From: Stegostoma tigrinum | Lineage: Eukaryota | Reading direction: 5' to 3' | Length of the DNA: 64,000 bases | Assembly: GCF_030684315.1 (NCBI RefSeq) | Contig: NC_081365.1 | Span: 39,268,985-39,332,984, forward strand | Part shown: positions 41,301-51,917 of the stretch, piece by piece | How positions within the stretch are numbered: the stretch's first letter is position 1 | How the letters are laid out: each line of letters opens with the position of its first letter | The notes under the pieces: model-generated | Told to the model about the DNA's origin: nothing | The model's input: the letters and a program-made list of their open reading frames with translations, nothing else | The model's database searches: none | Translations under genes and position numbers: made by a program

Positions 41301-44300
41301 GCAATCTTTCTTTGACCAGCATTTGATATCTAAGCATGTTTACTCTGCATGCATTGCAAATGGTTGAAGAAATGATTGCAAATGAAATGTATCTGGAGTT
41401 TACAAACGCATGGTTCATCACTTTGCCCCTATAATAGTCTGACTCAACAACTGTAGGACCCAATGTTTTTCCCATTAAATGACACTGACTTTGCCCAACC
41501 CTGGCATTGTCCTAGCCATTTTCTAGGCGCAGTTGGCATCTGGAAAACAGCAAATAATGGCAGGGATCACAGCTCACAGTGGACTCTGTTAGCATCAGGA
41601 TTTGTCCAGTTGCCAGTTAACTCGCTGGAGCCTCAACACACCTAGTTTCTCACTCTGACCCAATAGCCCATAAGGGCTAAATGTGACTTTTTGTCATGGA
41701 TCATTATCCTGAGATGCTGCACGGTCCTGAGCAACAAGAAGTCTCCAGACAGCCAGCAGTAAGGTGAAGTCGCTAGGCACCCACTATAACTTTCATGTGG
41801 AGAATGCTTGACAGCTGTTTTATTCAGCTTGTTTGGTAAGATAAAGAGCTGAATATTAATGAGGTGATTTGTGCCATTAAAAGGCATTTAACAAACTACA
41901 ATCCCACTTAAGTGGCAACTCACTGCTGTCTCGTGAGAAACTTGCCTGGCTGCTTGACACTGCATAAAAGGTGCAATGAATTGTTCCTGATATCGAGGTA
42001 TTCCTTACTGGACTTCCCATCTGATTCTGCCATAAATCTCATCAGAGCCTGTGACATTCAGGCTCCTGCGAGATTCCACTCTAACTGACCAAAGGGATGC
42101 TTCAACACAGCAAAGTTAGCTTTCAGATTGTCAAGCCTTAAAACAATTTTTTGAACTTGGTTACAATCTTTCATTACCAGGCATATCACCTTAAAGACTC
42201 CTGAAAAAGATTCTAGCTACCCTCTGTCCCACCAACAAGCAGCCCTCCATCTACTGCCCACCAACTCTGTGCAGGATAGTCATTAGCCAGTCATAAAATA
42301 GCTAACCATCATGGGAGAGGTAATCTGTGTACCAGGAATGCATTGCAAAAGACACCATGTGTACCTCAGCTCACCATAAATTGCATTGAGCGCACTAGCA
42401 CTGTCCTCCTTACAACTAAATATCTCCACAACTAACGTTTTAACTAGTTGGAGGTGCAAAATTTCAGAAGATGCTTCCTTATATCAATTGTGATGGATCC
42501 AATCCAACATCCTTATTCTGAAAATATTATGCTGTACTTAGCCTATCAATATCCTCTGCACACATGTAATCCCAAAATTGAGATTTTTATGTTATTACTG
42601 TAATGCATTATTCCATTAATACTTCCATTCCAACAACATAATCACTGTTACTCTAATTTATACAACACTGCTCCTTTTAGATATTCAGTGATTACAGTAC
42701 TGCAAGAAAATTTTCAGCCCTTGGGTTTTCTTTCTATGCGAGTACTTACCAAGAGGTGTTATCACTGCTACAGTGTGAGCAGATTGCTTTCCTATCTGCT
42801 GCCAATCTCCACTCACGTTCATGATCCATTCAGTGACTGTACAAACATACTCTCCTTCATCTGATATCACTGAATTATGTAGCCGCAAGATAAAAGAATC
42901 TGGTTGCTGTTTGGTCAGCCTGAGTTCTCCATTAACATCACGCTTACGATAGAGTGTACCAACAACCTGAGTACCATCCTGGTCCAAGCTGACGATATCG
43001 GTAACTTGTTTCTGCTTGTTGATTAACTGCCAGGCAACAGAAAGGTGGCTGTGGTTCCTGACTGCTGATTGAACATCACAAGTGAACTGGAGTGAGTTAC
43101 CCTCCAAAACCTTAGTGGTATTACTGGTAACTGTTGTACTCAGGCTACTTTCTGCAGGAAATAAAATATTATTAGTTCAATTAGTAGTTTTGTAGAAAAC
43201 AATTGTATAAGATCTTGTTTCGGATCACAGGAATCAATATGACTATGTTTTATGAGAATTTGTCATTATTCCATTCAATGCTTGTTTTAAAAATAACTTA
43301 CGTTTTACAGGCAACGTTTCTTTGTCGCAGTGAGAACAAGTAATCGATAGATGCTTTGATTAATGTTACCTTAATGCTGGCAATAATCCAGTTAGACTAT
43401 TGCTATAATTTCAGGGTAAACTGTTGAGGAATTAACGAACAAAAGTGTGATAGAGAAAGGGGAAGAAAGGTTATTCTATGGGTGGTTTTTGTCTTTGTCC
43501 ATAAACTGTCTAGGATTCGAACTACATCAATTGGTCAGTAACCAATGTTATTATATATAATATTGTCAGTGTCAGAAGAAATACTACCATTTTCTGTCAT
43601 ATTGAACCTTCAGAAACATGGTCTATAGTTTCAAAACCTACCTGCTCCCAATTCCATTCCAGTTATCTGCTCCATCCTTCTCTCTGACAACAATCTGAGA
43701 TTAAGCTCATCTTTCTGCAACTTTGGTGCCATATTTGGTCCTGAGATGAACTTCCAATCTTATATCTGTTCCATAACCAATATTGCATTTTCCACTGGTA
43801 ATGCCAGCTGACTTTGCTCCTGTGTCAGCTTCACTGCTGCTGAAGTCCTCATTCTTGTCACTGCTACTTGTGAACTCAGCTAACTTAATGTGTCATTGGT
43901 GGTTCTGACTGGTATCTCACTGTCTGCCCTCCAAAATGCAGGTGCTGTGTTCTAACTGCCAGCAAGTCCTGTTCTCCTGTCGCTCCTATGCTCATGCACT
44001 TATATTGGTCCCTGGTGTTGAAAGGTCTTGACTGCAAATACCCAATTTCTTTTTAAATCCCTCTGCAGTCTTGCCCGTCTCCACTCTGTAATCTACTTGA
44101 GCCCCTCTGAAATTGCTGCGCCGGTTTAATTCTGGCTTGTTGGGTATTCCTAATTATAATTGCTCTACCACTGGAGGCCATGTCTTCAGCTGCCTGTAAC
44201 CCATGCTCTGGAATTCCTTCCTTACAGCTATCCTTCTTGCTGCCTCACTTGCCTCTATTAACGTATTCATTAATATCTTCCTCTTTGATCAAACTCTTGA

Positions 44301-47300
44301 TCTCTTTATGTGAATCAGTGCCATGTTGTATTAAAAAAAAACAAAAAAACTTTGGATGCTGTGAATCAGGCACAAAAACAGAAGTTGCTGGAAAAGCTTA
44401 GCAGGTCTGGCAGCATCCGTGAAGATAAATCAGTGTTAAAGTTTTGGGTCCGGTGACCTTTCCTCAGAATAGTGTCATGCTGTGTTTTACAATGCTCCTG
44501 TGAAGCATCCATGGACATTTCATTGCACTAAAAGTGCTGCATGAGTTATTTCTCCTCATGTTGCTCACATTGTGTCATAATAAGTAATTCCCAACTAAAC
44601 AATAGCTACTGTGAAATCAACACAATATCCAAACCATCTACTTTTATTCGTTTTGATCTAATTAGCCTGAAGTTTCCTAAAACCAGACGTAAGTGACATG
44701 CATTCTTTAGATCTTCCGATGGATTTGCTGCAGCTACTACCTTTAAGAAGCACTTAGTGTCTACTAGTCTTTGCATTTAAGTGAATAAAACTGCTTTGAG
44801 AGAGGTAATACTATTTTTCAAAGAATGTAATTCAATTGTGTTTTAGTATAACCCTATTACAGTTTTTGTTCCCATTACAACAAATGCTGTTTTAAATTTT
44901 TAGCCTGAGTACACAGCACAGTCTTGTCGTGCATTTCGTGTTTGGAGAGTCAACATAACATAAGGCTGATTTATTTCGAATGTGCATACCAGTAATAGAA
45001 AAGTTAATTTGCTTGCATCATAGAAACACCAGCCAGGTAAAATCAAGCATTTCAATTCATGGGAAATGCAGTGTTACCTTAGGAAGATGACTTCTGTATT
45101 GGCCGTGAATAACAACTGTTGCAAATGATACATTTACAATATGGTCGAGTGAACTATTTTGATTGGGCTTGCTGCTTCAGAGGGACATTTCAATTTCAAT
45201 TCATACATCCAAACACAGAGAAATTAGAAGCCTGGCAGCTATTATGAGCAATGTTACTGTAGCATGTGCATGCCAAATTTTACTTTAGTGGAAGGATTAA
45301 CTCATGAAAACGTTTGAAATTGTGGGCAGCATAAAAATATGGCATAACAATTAAAAGTAATATTAATCACAAATGTAGTTGCTATTGCGTTCTCTCTGGA
45401 ATAAAAGTTATAAATTTATGAAGTTTACTATTTAAATATAGCATTTGGACTTCATCCGATTTTGATCTTCATTTGAACTATAATAGCAGTACAAGTGGTA
45501 AATATGGAAAATGCATCTCAAACAATCAGTGACTGAAGGGGGACAGGTAGAAATTCAGAGAGAGAAATGGGCAGGAACTGTCTTTGATCACTCATCACTA
45601 TGAGCAAGTGTTTCAGTACATCGTTTTAACATTATTGTCTTCATTGTCAATCGATTCTTTTTGAAACCCTGAAGACCTGAATTCAAAGAACTTCTAATAA
45701 ATGAATGTCAGTGTGAAGTGCATTTATGATCATTTTTATTTCTTCACGGCAGACTCACATACTTTCATGTGAAAAAAAAATTTAATTCTGACATTAATAC
45801 CATAACGTATTGCTGTTTTGTGGAAGTATAGCTTCTATCATTTTTAGGGGAAGATGAAAGCCAAAAACATCAAAGGAAATGCTCTCAATGCTAACACTGG
45901 CTTGTGATTTTCAGTCAGTCATTCTGGTCAGCTTTTGTTTTCATCTGTATGAACAGTAGAACTGACATCAGAGACTGCAGGCAGAGATCTGACAGACTAA
46001 GTCATCACTACAGTTGCTTCTTGATGAACAAAAGCTAATGTCACTCAAAATCAAGAAGTTCCTTTAAACCTATGTTTTTTTGGTAATATTTCTGCATAAC
46101 AGCAAAATAAGTGGGCGAAACTTTCACCCTGTGACATTGTTCATCTTGTTTCCTAAAATGGCAAATCTACATTTAGTTTTCAAATATGTTTTACACCTGA
46201 TAACTGGGCCCATTAAACCCAGATTCCTTCGTGAAGAGCTAACAGAAACAAGTAGAACCTTTCATAACCATGGGAAAGTTCATTTTTCACTTTTGTTGTT
46301 ATCACACTGATAAGAGCTGCGTTACTAAGCAACATTATTTCTGCTTAGTCTAGAGCAACCTTGACAGTTGGAGAACTGCGACTTAACTGATTAGATTGAT
46401 TGAATTTAAAATATGAGACAAGATCAGTTGCAGAGAAAAACTACTTATGACTAAAAAAAAACACAGTAACTAGAGACACTGCTTCATCAAATCAACTTCT
46501 TTGTCTACCTGAAAGAGCGCACAGAGGATTCTGGAATCCTTCTGCACTTATTCCAAGTTACCAACAGATTGCATCTCATTATTTCTTACAAAAATGAAAA
46601 CTTTATTCACATAGTTACTTACTGATAGACTGGACATGGATCAAAACTTTCGGAGATTTGTTGGTATCTCTGGCAATGAATTCTCTCGTCACTGTTTTCT
46701 CATGCTCTGTGGCCCGACAATGGTATTTGCCACTGTCCTCCAGTTGAACATGGTAGATTTTCAGCAGGTATGTTGTATCTGTCTCCTTTGTGAACCTTAC
46801 ATATCCCAGGCGATCTCTGTTTGCATATTCACCATTGACTGTCGCTACAGCATTACGGCCAATGTTGGCAATTTGTGTGCCGTTAAAAATCCACAACACT
46901 GAAAAATATCGATCCTGTATGTTTTGAGCTTCAATGATACATCTTATTTCCATGGTATCTCCAGCTATGAGAATTTTCCTTTCATTCTCTAACTGTACAT
47001 TGAAGTTCTTATCTAGAACAGAATATAGACATGCAGAAAAATATTAGAGCGAGGGAATTTAGTAGTGAAGAATTATAAACCTAAGTTTGTTTCACAAGTC
47101 TTAAGATCATATCTGCATAGTGCAGTTTGTCCTGCCAACCTTTAAACCTTCGCTGCCTGTCTCCTAAAGAATTTAACTCTATCTGGGAATATTTTATCTG
47201 CTAAAAACAAACAACTGTGGACGCTTGAGATCTGAACCAAAAACAGAGCTAGCTGGTGAAACTCAGCAGGTCTGGCAGTATCTGAAGGGAGAAAGTAGAG

Positions 47301-50300
47301 TTAACATTTCGAGCACAGTGTTCAGATGAAGAGTCACCAGAATCTTCCTTCCACAGAAGCTGCCAGACCTGCTGGGTTTTGCCTGCAAGTTATATTTTTA
47401 TTTCAGATTTCATCTGCCATTTGGCATAGTTTTTTCATGGAGTCATTGGGTCAGTGCGGTACAGAAAGAAGCCAACCCATGACAATTCTCTGGAAAAATA
47501 ATCCACTCATTTCATTCCAAGTGTATTTCCACTCAAGTGCCTACCGAAATACCTTTTAAAATCACTTCCCTCACCCTCATCGCTAACGGGTTCTACTAAT
47601 CAGCACTCACTGAATACAAAGATTCTTAGAACGTAATAAATGAAGAAAAGTAGTCAATCTAACCCATTGAACCTTTAATAAGATCATGATTGATGTGTGT
47701 TGTGATCTCTATTTATTATTTTTTATTATTCATTCATGGGATGCGGGCGTCACTGGCCCATCCCCAATTACCCAGAGGGCAGTTGAGATCAACCATATTG
47801 CTGTGGGTCTGGAGTCACATGTAGGCCAGACCAGTTAAGGATGGCAGCTGCCTTCCCTAAAGGACACGAGTAAACCAGATAGGTTTCTCCAACAATCAAC
47901 AATGGATTTGTGACCATCATTAGACTCTTAGTTCCAGACTTCTGTTTTTAAATGTATTACCATGGCAGAATACAAACTGCAGTCCCCAGACTATTATCTG
48001 GGTCTCTGGATTAACGGTCCAGCAATAATACCACGAGGCATCACCTCCCCATCTACTTCCCTATCTACTTACTATTTGATCCTCTTGTTAATCAAGAACA
48101 TGTTCAATTCAGTCTTAAAAATGTCCAATGACCTTGTCTGCACCACAGAGAAGGGAATTTCATAAAGGAAAAAATTCTTTCCATTTACTTCCAAGATGTG
48201 AAACCCCTTATGTTGGAGTTGGACCAGCTAACAGAGCTGATGCAAGGAGGATAGACTGTATGAGCTCCTTCTACATTAAATTAAGTCTGTGATTCTTTGT
48301 TGTTTAAATTGTGTTCCCTAGTTCTAGAGTCTCCCAGAAACGCTATTTGTTTTTCTAAACTCCTATCGATACAGACCCAACCTGCTCAACTTATTCTCTA
48401 AGATAAACACTTAATACCAGGTATCAGTTGGGTGGACCTTCTTTGAACTACTTCTACTGCAATTGTGTCCATTATTAAATGAGGAGACAAAAATTGATGT
48501 AGTCTCACCAATGACAATGACAAAACACTTTTGCCTTTACAATCAATTCCCTTCCTCATTCTCTTTGTGGTCTTTAACAGTGTAATGAACACTTTTTCTC
48601 CCTCAGAAGTGGGACTGTTCTCACTTACCTCTGCTCTAGATTTTTTTTAAAAAGTGTAACCAGAGCATCTCTGGTATTGGAACTGAAGAAACGTTTTGGA
48701 CTGGAAATATTAGCGCTCCCCCCTGCACCCTCCCCACACATGTGGTGTCAGGCCCGCTGCATTTCTCTACTGTCTTAATTTTGCTAAGGGGTTGAAGGCT
48801 CGGCAGCTCTTGGGGCTACAGTGGAACCAGGCAAGGACCATGCAGCCTCCAGACGGCAGCAAAAATATCTTTTAGAAAAATAAGTCTCAGTGCTGGACGA
48901 GAAAACCCTCTAAGGGGAAATTGCTGGGAGACTGTAGAGTGTGTCTTCCCTGCCTGTGGTCCCCATTTTGCTTTAAAAAGGCAAAGAGTGCCCCCTCTAA
49001 CTGGGCATCCACTGGGAGGTCACCTTGATTTAAGTGACAAATGGTCGAGAGTCAATCCACCACTGACAAAATGCCAATTGCCCCGTTAGGTCATAGATTG
49101 ATACAGCACGGAAACAGTTGCTTTGTCCCATCTTGTCCACACTGACAAGATTTCCCAAACTGCGCTAGTTCCATTTGCCTGCATTTGGCCCACATCCCTC
49201 TAAACATTTCCTATCCATGTATCTGGTCAAATGCCTTTTAAATGTTGCAACTGTACCTGTACCTACCACTTCCTCTGGTCGGTCATTTCATATATGCACC
49301 ACCCTCAGGTCCCTTTTAACTCTTTCCCCTCCCACATTAACCTATGCCCGCTAGTTCTGGACTCCTCTACCCGGAGGGAAAAAAAACCTCAGCAAATCAC
49401 CTTATCTACAGATATCAAGATTTTATAAATCACTCTAAGGTCACGCGTTAGCCTCTGACACTGCACGGAACAAAGTCTAAACCTAGCCTCTCCTTAGAGC
49501 TCAAATCCTCCATAATCGGTAACATCCTTGTGAATTTTATTGCCCCTTTCCTGTGTAATAATATCCTTGGTGTAGCAGGGCAACGAGAATTGTATGCAGT
49601 ACTCCAAATATGGCCTTATCAATATCTTGTACAGCTGTAACATAACAGCCCACATTCTATACTCGATGATCTGACCAAAGAAGGCAAGAGGGCTAAATGC
49701 CTTCCTCACCACCCTATCTACTGTAACTCAGCTTTCAAGGAACTATGTACCTGCACCCCTAGGTTTCCCTGTTTGACAACACTCCCCAAGGCTCTACCAT
49801 TAACTGTTCATGTCTTGCCCTGGTTTGGTTGACCAAAATGCAACCACCTCGCATTTATCTGAATTAAACTCCATCTGATATTCCTCGGCCCACTGGCCCA
49901 GTTGATTAAGATCCCGTCATACTCCGAGATAACCTTCCTCATTTCCCACTGTACCACCAAACTTACTAACCAGACCTCCTATATTCTCATCCAAATCATT
50001 CATGTAAGTTGTGAACTTAGCACTGGTCCTTGCAGTACAACACTGGTCACAGGCCTCTAGTCCAAAAAACAACCCTCTATCATTACCCACAGTCTCCTAC
50101 CATCAAGCCAATTTTGTATCCCATTGGTTAGCTCTACCTGGATCCCACATGATCTAACCTTACTAACCAGTCTACCATGTGGAACCTTGTTGAAGGCCTT
50201 GTTAAAATCCATTTAGACAACGTTCATCTCTCTGTCTTCATCCTTCTTCATGGTCACCTCTTCAAAAACTCAATCAAATTCGTGACACACAATCTCCGAC

Positions 50301-51213
50301 TCACAAAGCATTGTTGACTATCCCTAATCTGTCTTCGCCTTTCTAAATGCATGTAGATCTCGTCCTAGCAGAATGCATCTGGTCCTGCTGTTAGTAAAAC
50401 ATCCCAGTGGCAGGCCAACTTCATAAAGCTAAGCTGTCATGGCTTCCTGTATTTAATCCACTTAGCTTAGCCCACAGTTTTCAAGAAATTAATCAACCTC
50501 AAATGTTAACTCAGTTATGTGCAGCTAAAAGTCACTGACAAATAGGTCTAGGGTACTACTATCTAACCAATTGTTTAAATAAGTAATTGTATATGGCTCT
50601 CCTCCAATATTTTTAAACAACTTCATACTGACTGACTAATTGGCAGCATTCAGGTGATAACCATTTCTTGTTGTTCTGGAAGCTGGACCTAACCATTTTA
50701 GTGATTCTGTTCACACACCATATGTTACAAGCTAACAATGCATTATTCTCTGCTTACTCCGCTAATAACTATGCTGATCACTGCTTTTCAATGGCAATCA
50801 CTTACCAGTTGCTTTTATATTCACAATTGTCTTGTCAGTGCGCTTGGTAGCTATGGTGAACCAAGACCGATCTGGGTCTTGGATCCATTCTCTAGCCTCA
50901 CAGTAGAACTCTCCTTGATCAAATGCTTGCAGTTTGTAGATGGTGAGTTTGAATGAAGTTGCTCCAATCTTATCCAATCGTACATCTCCTGATGCCTGCC
51001 TCTGTTTGTATGAATCTCCAGTTCGTAGGATGAAATCTCGTGTGAGAGAGATGACCTTCAGATTCTGATTTCCCTTCTGTATGTACCATGCAACAGCCAC
51101 GTGTGTGTGCTGTGATGTTTGTTTCGATACTTCACAGACCAGTTCCAGAGAGTCACCTTCAACTTTATCCAGGGTCTGGGGTACCGATGTTGCACTGAGC
51201 GTGTCTGGAATGA
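1979..51213 (-). CDS. IGSF3: IGSF3 (EWI-3)-like gene, partial: six Ig V-domain exons joined (51213-50806, 47012-46623, 43151-42750, 39173-38772, 9880-9473, 2389-1979)
   Basis: All six exons have AG/GT boundaries, lengths divisible by 3 and phase 1-1, and they join in frame. Domain order and motifs (VIPD..QHTH, DKNF..DRYFSV, KSS..EG, ETGF.VTAI.RTP, VEEWLL.PN..WYK) follow IGSF3 D2-D7 as recalled. CD101/IGSF2, IGSF8 and PTGFRN are less likely paralogs. Confidence 0.88.
3053..3373 (-). mobile_element. tRNA-derived V-SINE (HE1-like)
   Basis: Minus strand shows A box gtggctcagtggttag, B box ggttcgattcc, V-domain tgtgtggagtttgcatgttctcccc...gggtttcc and a LINE-like tail. Confidence 0.8.
4262..5810 (-). 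mobile_element. Degraded CR1 LINE ORF2, interrupted by a solo LTR and a small inverted CR1 piece
   Basis: Frameshifted RT motifs (FADD, LVRPH..CVQFW.PY). Confidence 0.75.
5218..5450. mobile_element. Short solo LTR-like element (~230 bp), same family as 28374-28609
   Basis: Shares tcaccaagtca, tcagagtgaacag, tctgacact..tgttcttatctgtcagcca and tccacctgg.tgaccttgt with the second copy, and interrupts a CR1. Confidence 0.55.
5980..6400 (-). mobile_element. CR1 LINE 3' fragment
   Basis: ORF 6178-6366 reads RRLRHDLI..YKI....FPTQRVV, followed by a CR1 3' UTR. Confidence 0.75.
7111..7331. mobile_element. Palindromic non-autonomous PLE derivative (family B), two head-to-head hammerhead motifs, tail on right arm
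   Basis: Ends gaatcaataaatgtggagc / gctccacatttattgactc are inverted. Centre ccttcatcag-gg-ctgacga. Tail tagcttccagcatctgcagtcctttgtgtctcc. Confidence 0.75.
8007..8231. mobile_element. Palindromic non-autonomous PLE derivative (family A), tail on left arm
   Basis: Inverted ~95 bp arms with degenerate hammerheads at the centre. Degenerate TSD tgcactgttttgata / tacactcttttgaca. Confidence 0.8.
8710..8929. mobile_element. Palindromic non-autonomous PLE derivative (family A), tail on right arm
   Basis: Perfect 14-bp TSD caaggtatttgttt (8696-8709, 8930-8943). Centre ccttctt-tt-ctgaagaagggtctaggcctgaaacgtc. Confidence 0.85.
9473..9880 (-). CDS. IGSF3: IGSF3 exon, Ig domain 6 (408 bp)
   Basis: Acceptor tctcttacag|AATGTAAA gives (E)CKLKVNQAERNIVVKVNDNIHLNC...DSGKYYCHVEEWLLSPN. 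Donor CCA G|gtattg. Confidence 0.9.
10487..10720. mobile_element. Palindromic non-autonomous PLE derivative (family A), tail on right arm
   Basis: 16-bp TSD caagttctcatcagtg / caaattcccatcagtg (2 mismatches). Inverted arms meet at the hammerhead motifs. Confidence 0.85.
11134..11268 (-). mobile_element. Short PLE derivative (family C) headed by a hammerhead-like motif
   Basis: Minus strand starts ttctgagga-aagggtcaccagacctgaaa. Matches 44340-44470 and the 3' end of the longer PLE at 62375-62940. Confidence 0.7.
12318..12942 (-). mobile_element. CR1 LINE 3' fragment
   Basis: Typical 3' end gagtcatagagatatacagcacggaaacag and ORF2 C-terminal remnant (CIQFWSPCYRK). Confidence 0.8.
15261..15585 (+). 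mobile_element. tRNA-derived V-SINE (HE1-like)
   Basis: gtgacacagtggttagcactactgcctcac...gggtttgattcc, V-domain, and a tail ending gggtttctat. Confidence 0.75.
16333..16420 (-). mobile_element. 88-bp solo hammerhead-headed PLE derivative
   Basis: Perfect 12-bp TSD aggattgatact (16321-16332, 16421-16432). Confidence 0.85.
16389..16420 (-). ncRNA. Minimal type I hammerhead ribozyme motif (sense to the IGSF3 pre-mRNA)
   Basis: CU-CUGAUGA-A-GGG(UCUAGG)CCC-GAAA-CG-UC^AG. Conserved core intact, palindromic ACGU stem III typical of PLE hammerheads. Confidence 0.75.
17500..17725 (+). mobile_element. tRNA-derived SINE (third family) inserted in CR1
   Basis: Head ggttagctcagttg with degenerate B box gagttcatt, interrupting the CR1 endonuclease region. 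Confidence 0.55.
18970..19001 (-). ncRNA. Minimal hammerhead ribozyme motif
   Basis: Reverse complement reads ctctgatgaagggtctaggcccgaaacgtcag, core intact. Confidence 0.75.
19735..19766 (+). ncRNA. Minimal hammerhead ribozyme motif
   Basis: ctctgatgaagggtctaggcccgaaacgtcag, core intact. Confidence 0.75.
21500..23470 (+). mobile_element. PIF/Harbinger ORF2 (Myb/SANT-like) relic
   Basis: ~21928-22125 translates MAKQDSE*FS...ALVQE...VNA...KNRMQCCTKYNDL, a degenerate Myb/SANT R..QC.KKW.DL motif with stop codons. Confidence 0.5.
23520..23850 (-). mobile_element. Degraded tRNA-derived SINE (family of 51568-51917)
   Basis: Shared core tattgctgtgggtctg.agtcac...ccttccctaaa. Confidence 0.6.
24201..24537 (-). 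mobile_element. tRNA-derived V-SINE (HE1-like)
   Basis: Similar to 3053-3373, with minus-strand head ggcatggtggctcagtagttagc. Confidence 0.75.
24620..25500 (-). mobile_element. Old CR1 LINE fragment
   Basis: CR1 3' UTR start aactaggagcaaaggtaggcc and degenerate LVRPH region. Confidence 0.55.
25520..26250 (-). mobile_element. PIF/Harbinger transposase N-terminal relic
   Basis: Minus strand ~26000-26065 reads VLVAVNLFPSGCFQ, resembling the Harbinger V..ALNF.A.GSFQ motif. Confidence 0.4.
27640..28710 (+). mobile_element. Old CR1 LINE 3' fragment with a solo LTR inserted
   Basis: LIPGMAGVRYEERLGWLGPYSLEF and LVRSHL motifs. Confidence 0.7.
28374..28609. mobile_element. Short solo LTR-like element (TG...CA, ~236 bp)
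   Basis: Starts tg, ends gactaca, and is homologous to 5218-5450. Confidence 0.55.
29170..29760 (-). mobile_element. Old CR1 LINE 3' fragment
   Basis: ORF 29584-29766 reads FVRLHPENGVHLWSPYLKK. Confidence 0.65.
30638..31130 (+). mobile_element. DeuSINE (SacSINE1/AmnSINE-like), interrupted by a degraded PLE-like piece (~30880-31030)
   Basis: Deu-domain-like gatgctgtcttttgaatgagacattaaaaggagccctgtct, and 3' part caaattggctgctgcatttc. Confidence 0.6.
31671..31768 (+). mobile_element. 98-bp solo hammerhead-headed PLE derivative
   Basis: Perfect 11-bp TSD tgactagctaa (31660-31670, 31769-31779). Confidence 0.85.
31673..31704 (+). ncRNA. Minimal hammerhead ribozyme motif (CUGAAGA variant)
   Basis: ttctgaagaagggtctaggcccgaaacgtcag. 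Confidence 0.7.
34040..34376 (+). mobile_element. tRNA-derived SINE
   Basis: gctggactgttaatcc...gattcgaatcc head and ggtggaatttgaattcaataaaa. Reverse complement of the copies at 47.7, 51.6, 54.8 and 61.9 kb. Confidence 0.75.
35248..35328. repeat. (TG)~40 microsatellite
   Basis: Uninterrupted TG dinucleotide run of 81 bp. Confidence 0.98.
36275..38390 (-). mobile_element. Cluster of nested or adjacent CR1 LINE 3' fragments (36385-37275 younger, 37400-38210 older)
   Basis: FRSHLEYCVQFWFPHYRKD, LVRPHPEYGEQFW and KFADAT motifs. Confidence 0.8.
38772..39173 (-). CDS. IGSF3: IGSF3 exon, Ig domain 5 (402 bp)
   Basis: Acceptor tttacag|AAACAGGT gives (E)TGFSVTAITRTPSVIYDNAFQLQCFIRPTYP...EAGKYQCIAELW. 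Donor CCT G|gtgagt. Confidence 0.93.
39285..40155 (-). mobile_element. CR1 LINE 3' fragment
   Basis: LYRTLVRPLLEFCIQFWSPCYKKD and FADYTK. Confidence 0.8.
40165..42080 (-). mobile_element. PIF/Harbinger transposase relic
   Basis: Minus strand ~41030-41075 reads VVEQVIRVLKMWFHC (Harbinger VIE..FG.LK.RFRC) with C-terminal ARQDLTDTWF. Many stops and frameshifts. Confidence 0.55.
42750..43151 (-). CDS. IGSF3: IGSF3 exon, Ig domain 4 (402 bp)
   Basis: Acceptor tttcctgcag|AAAGTAGC gives (K)SSLSTTVTSNTTKVLEGNSLQFTC...DEGEYVCTVTEWIMN. Donor CTT G|gtaagt. Confidence 0.93.
44340..44470 (-). mobile_element. Short PLE derivative (family C) with hammerhead-like head
   Basis: Homologous to 11134-11268, with 5' end at ttctgagga. 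Confidence 0.7.
46623..47012 (-). CDS. IGSF3: IGSF3 exon, Ig domain 3 (390 bp)
   Basis: Acceptor tgttctag|ATAAGAAC gives (D)KNFNVQLENER...EIRCIIEAQNIQDRYFSVLW...EDSGKYHCRATEHEKTVT. Donor ATC A|gtaagt. Confidence 0.93.
47203..47418. mobile_element. Degraded palindromic PLE derivative (family C-like)
   Basis: actcagcaggtctggcag inverted against ctgccagacctgctggg, with centre gatgaagagtcacc. Confidence 0.55.
47725..48050 (-). mobile_element. tRNA-derived SINE
   Basis: Family core ttgctgtgggtctggagtcacatgtaggccagacc and minus-strand tRNA-like head. Confidence 0.75.
49090..50365 (-). mobile_element. CR1 LINE 3' fragment
   Basis: LYKILIRPYLEYCIQF and upstream RT remnants (DFNKAFNKVPHGRL). Confidence 0.8.
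50806..51213 (-). CDS. IGSF3: IGSF3 exon, Ig domain 2 (408 bp)
   Basis: Acceptor ttttttcttag|TCATTCCAGAC gives (V)IPDTLSATSVPQTLDKVEGDSLELVCEVSKQTSQHTHVAVAW...DQGEFYCEAREWIQDPD (EWI motif). Donor ACT G|gtaagt. Confidence 0.93.
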
Positions 51214-51567
51214 CTAAGAAAAAAATGATTAATGATTAAACAAAAATATATTTTAAAATATCAAGTTCACACAGGGATGGTTGAATGTTTGACTACTAAT
51301 GATCTGAGAAATTGTGTATAGTTTGTACATAGGCAATGCTAGTATACTTTGCAGGTTCAGTGGGTGGGGGTGTGGAGGGGTCAGAAGAAGGACATCTTTA
51401 CAATTCTGCGTTACATTTCAAAACTCGCTTGATTCTGAACCTCATAAGAAACTGCCTACAGAGAACTACTGATTCCCAGTATGGAAATGGTCATTGGTAA
51501 ATACTGTCCTTCAGGGTTAAAGGAATATTTCAAGTGGATACGAGAATTGAGTAAAAAATTTAAATTC

Positions 51568-51917
51568 TTTTTCAATTCATTCACAGGATGAGGGCATCAC
51601 TAGACTAGCATTTATTGCCCTGTCCTAATTACCCAGTGTGCAGTTAAGAGTCAATCACATTGCTGTGGCCTGGAGTCACATGTAGGCCAGACCAGGTAAG
51701 GATGGCAGTTTTGTTCCCTGAAGGACATTAGTGAACCAAATGGGTTTTCCTGACAATTGACATGATTTCATTATGATCATTATACTCCTAATCTAGATTT
51801 TTATTGAATTCAAATTCTAACATCTGCCATAGTGGGATTTGAACACAAGTCCCCAGAATATTACTTGAGTTGCTGTATTAACAGTCCAGGGATAACACTA
51901 CCAGGCCATTGCCTCCC
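51568..51917 (-). mobile_element. tRNA-derived SINE
   Basis: Minus-strand head ggggaggcaatggcctggtagt...gttcaaatccc plus family core. Confidence 0.78.

Noticed and set aside
1979-51213. Antigen-receptor (Ig/TCR/IgNAR) V-segment cluster
   Set aside because: Each V exon ends in a GT splice donor, not a heptamer/nonamer RSS. The exons join in frame and carry EWI-family motifs.
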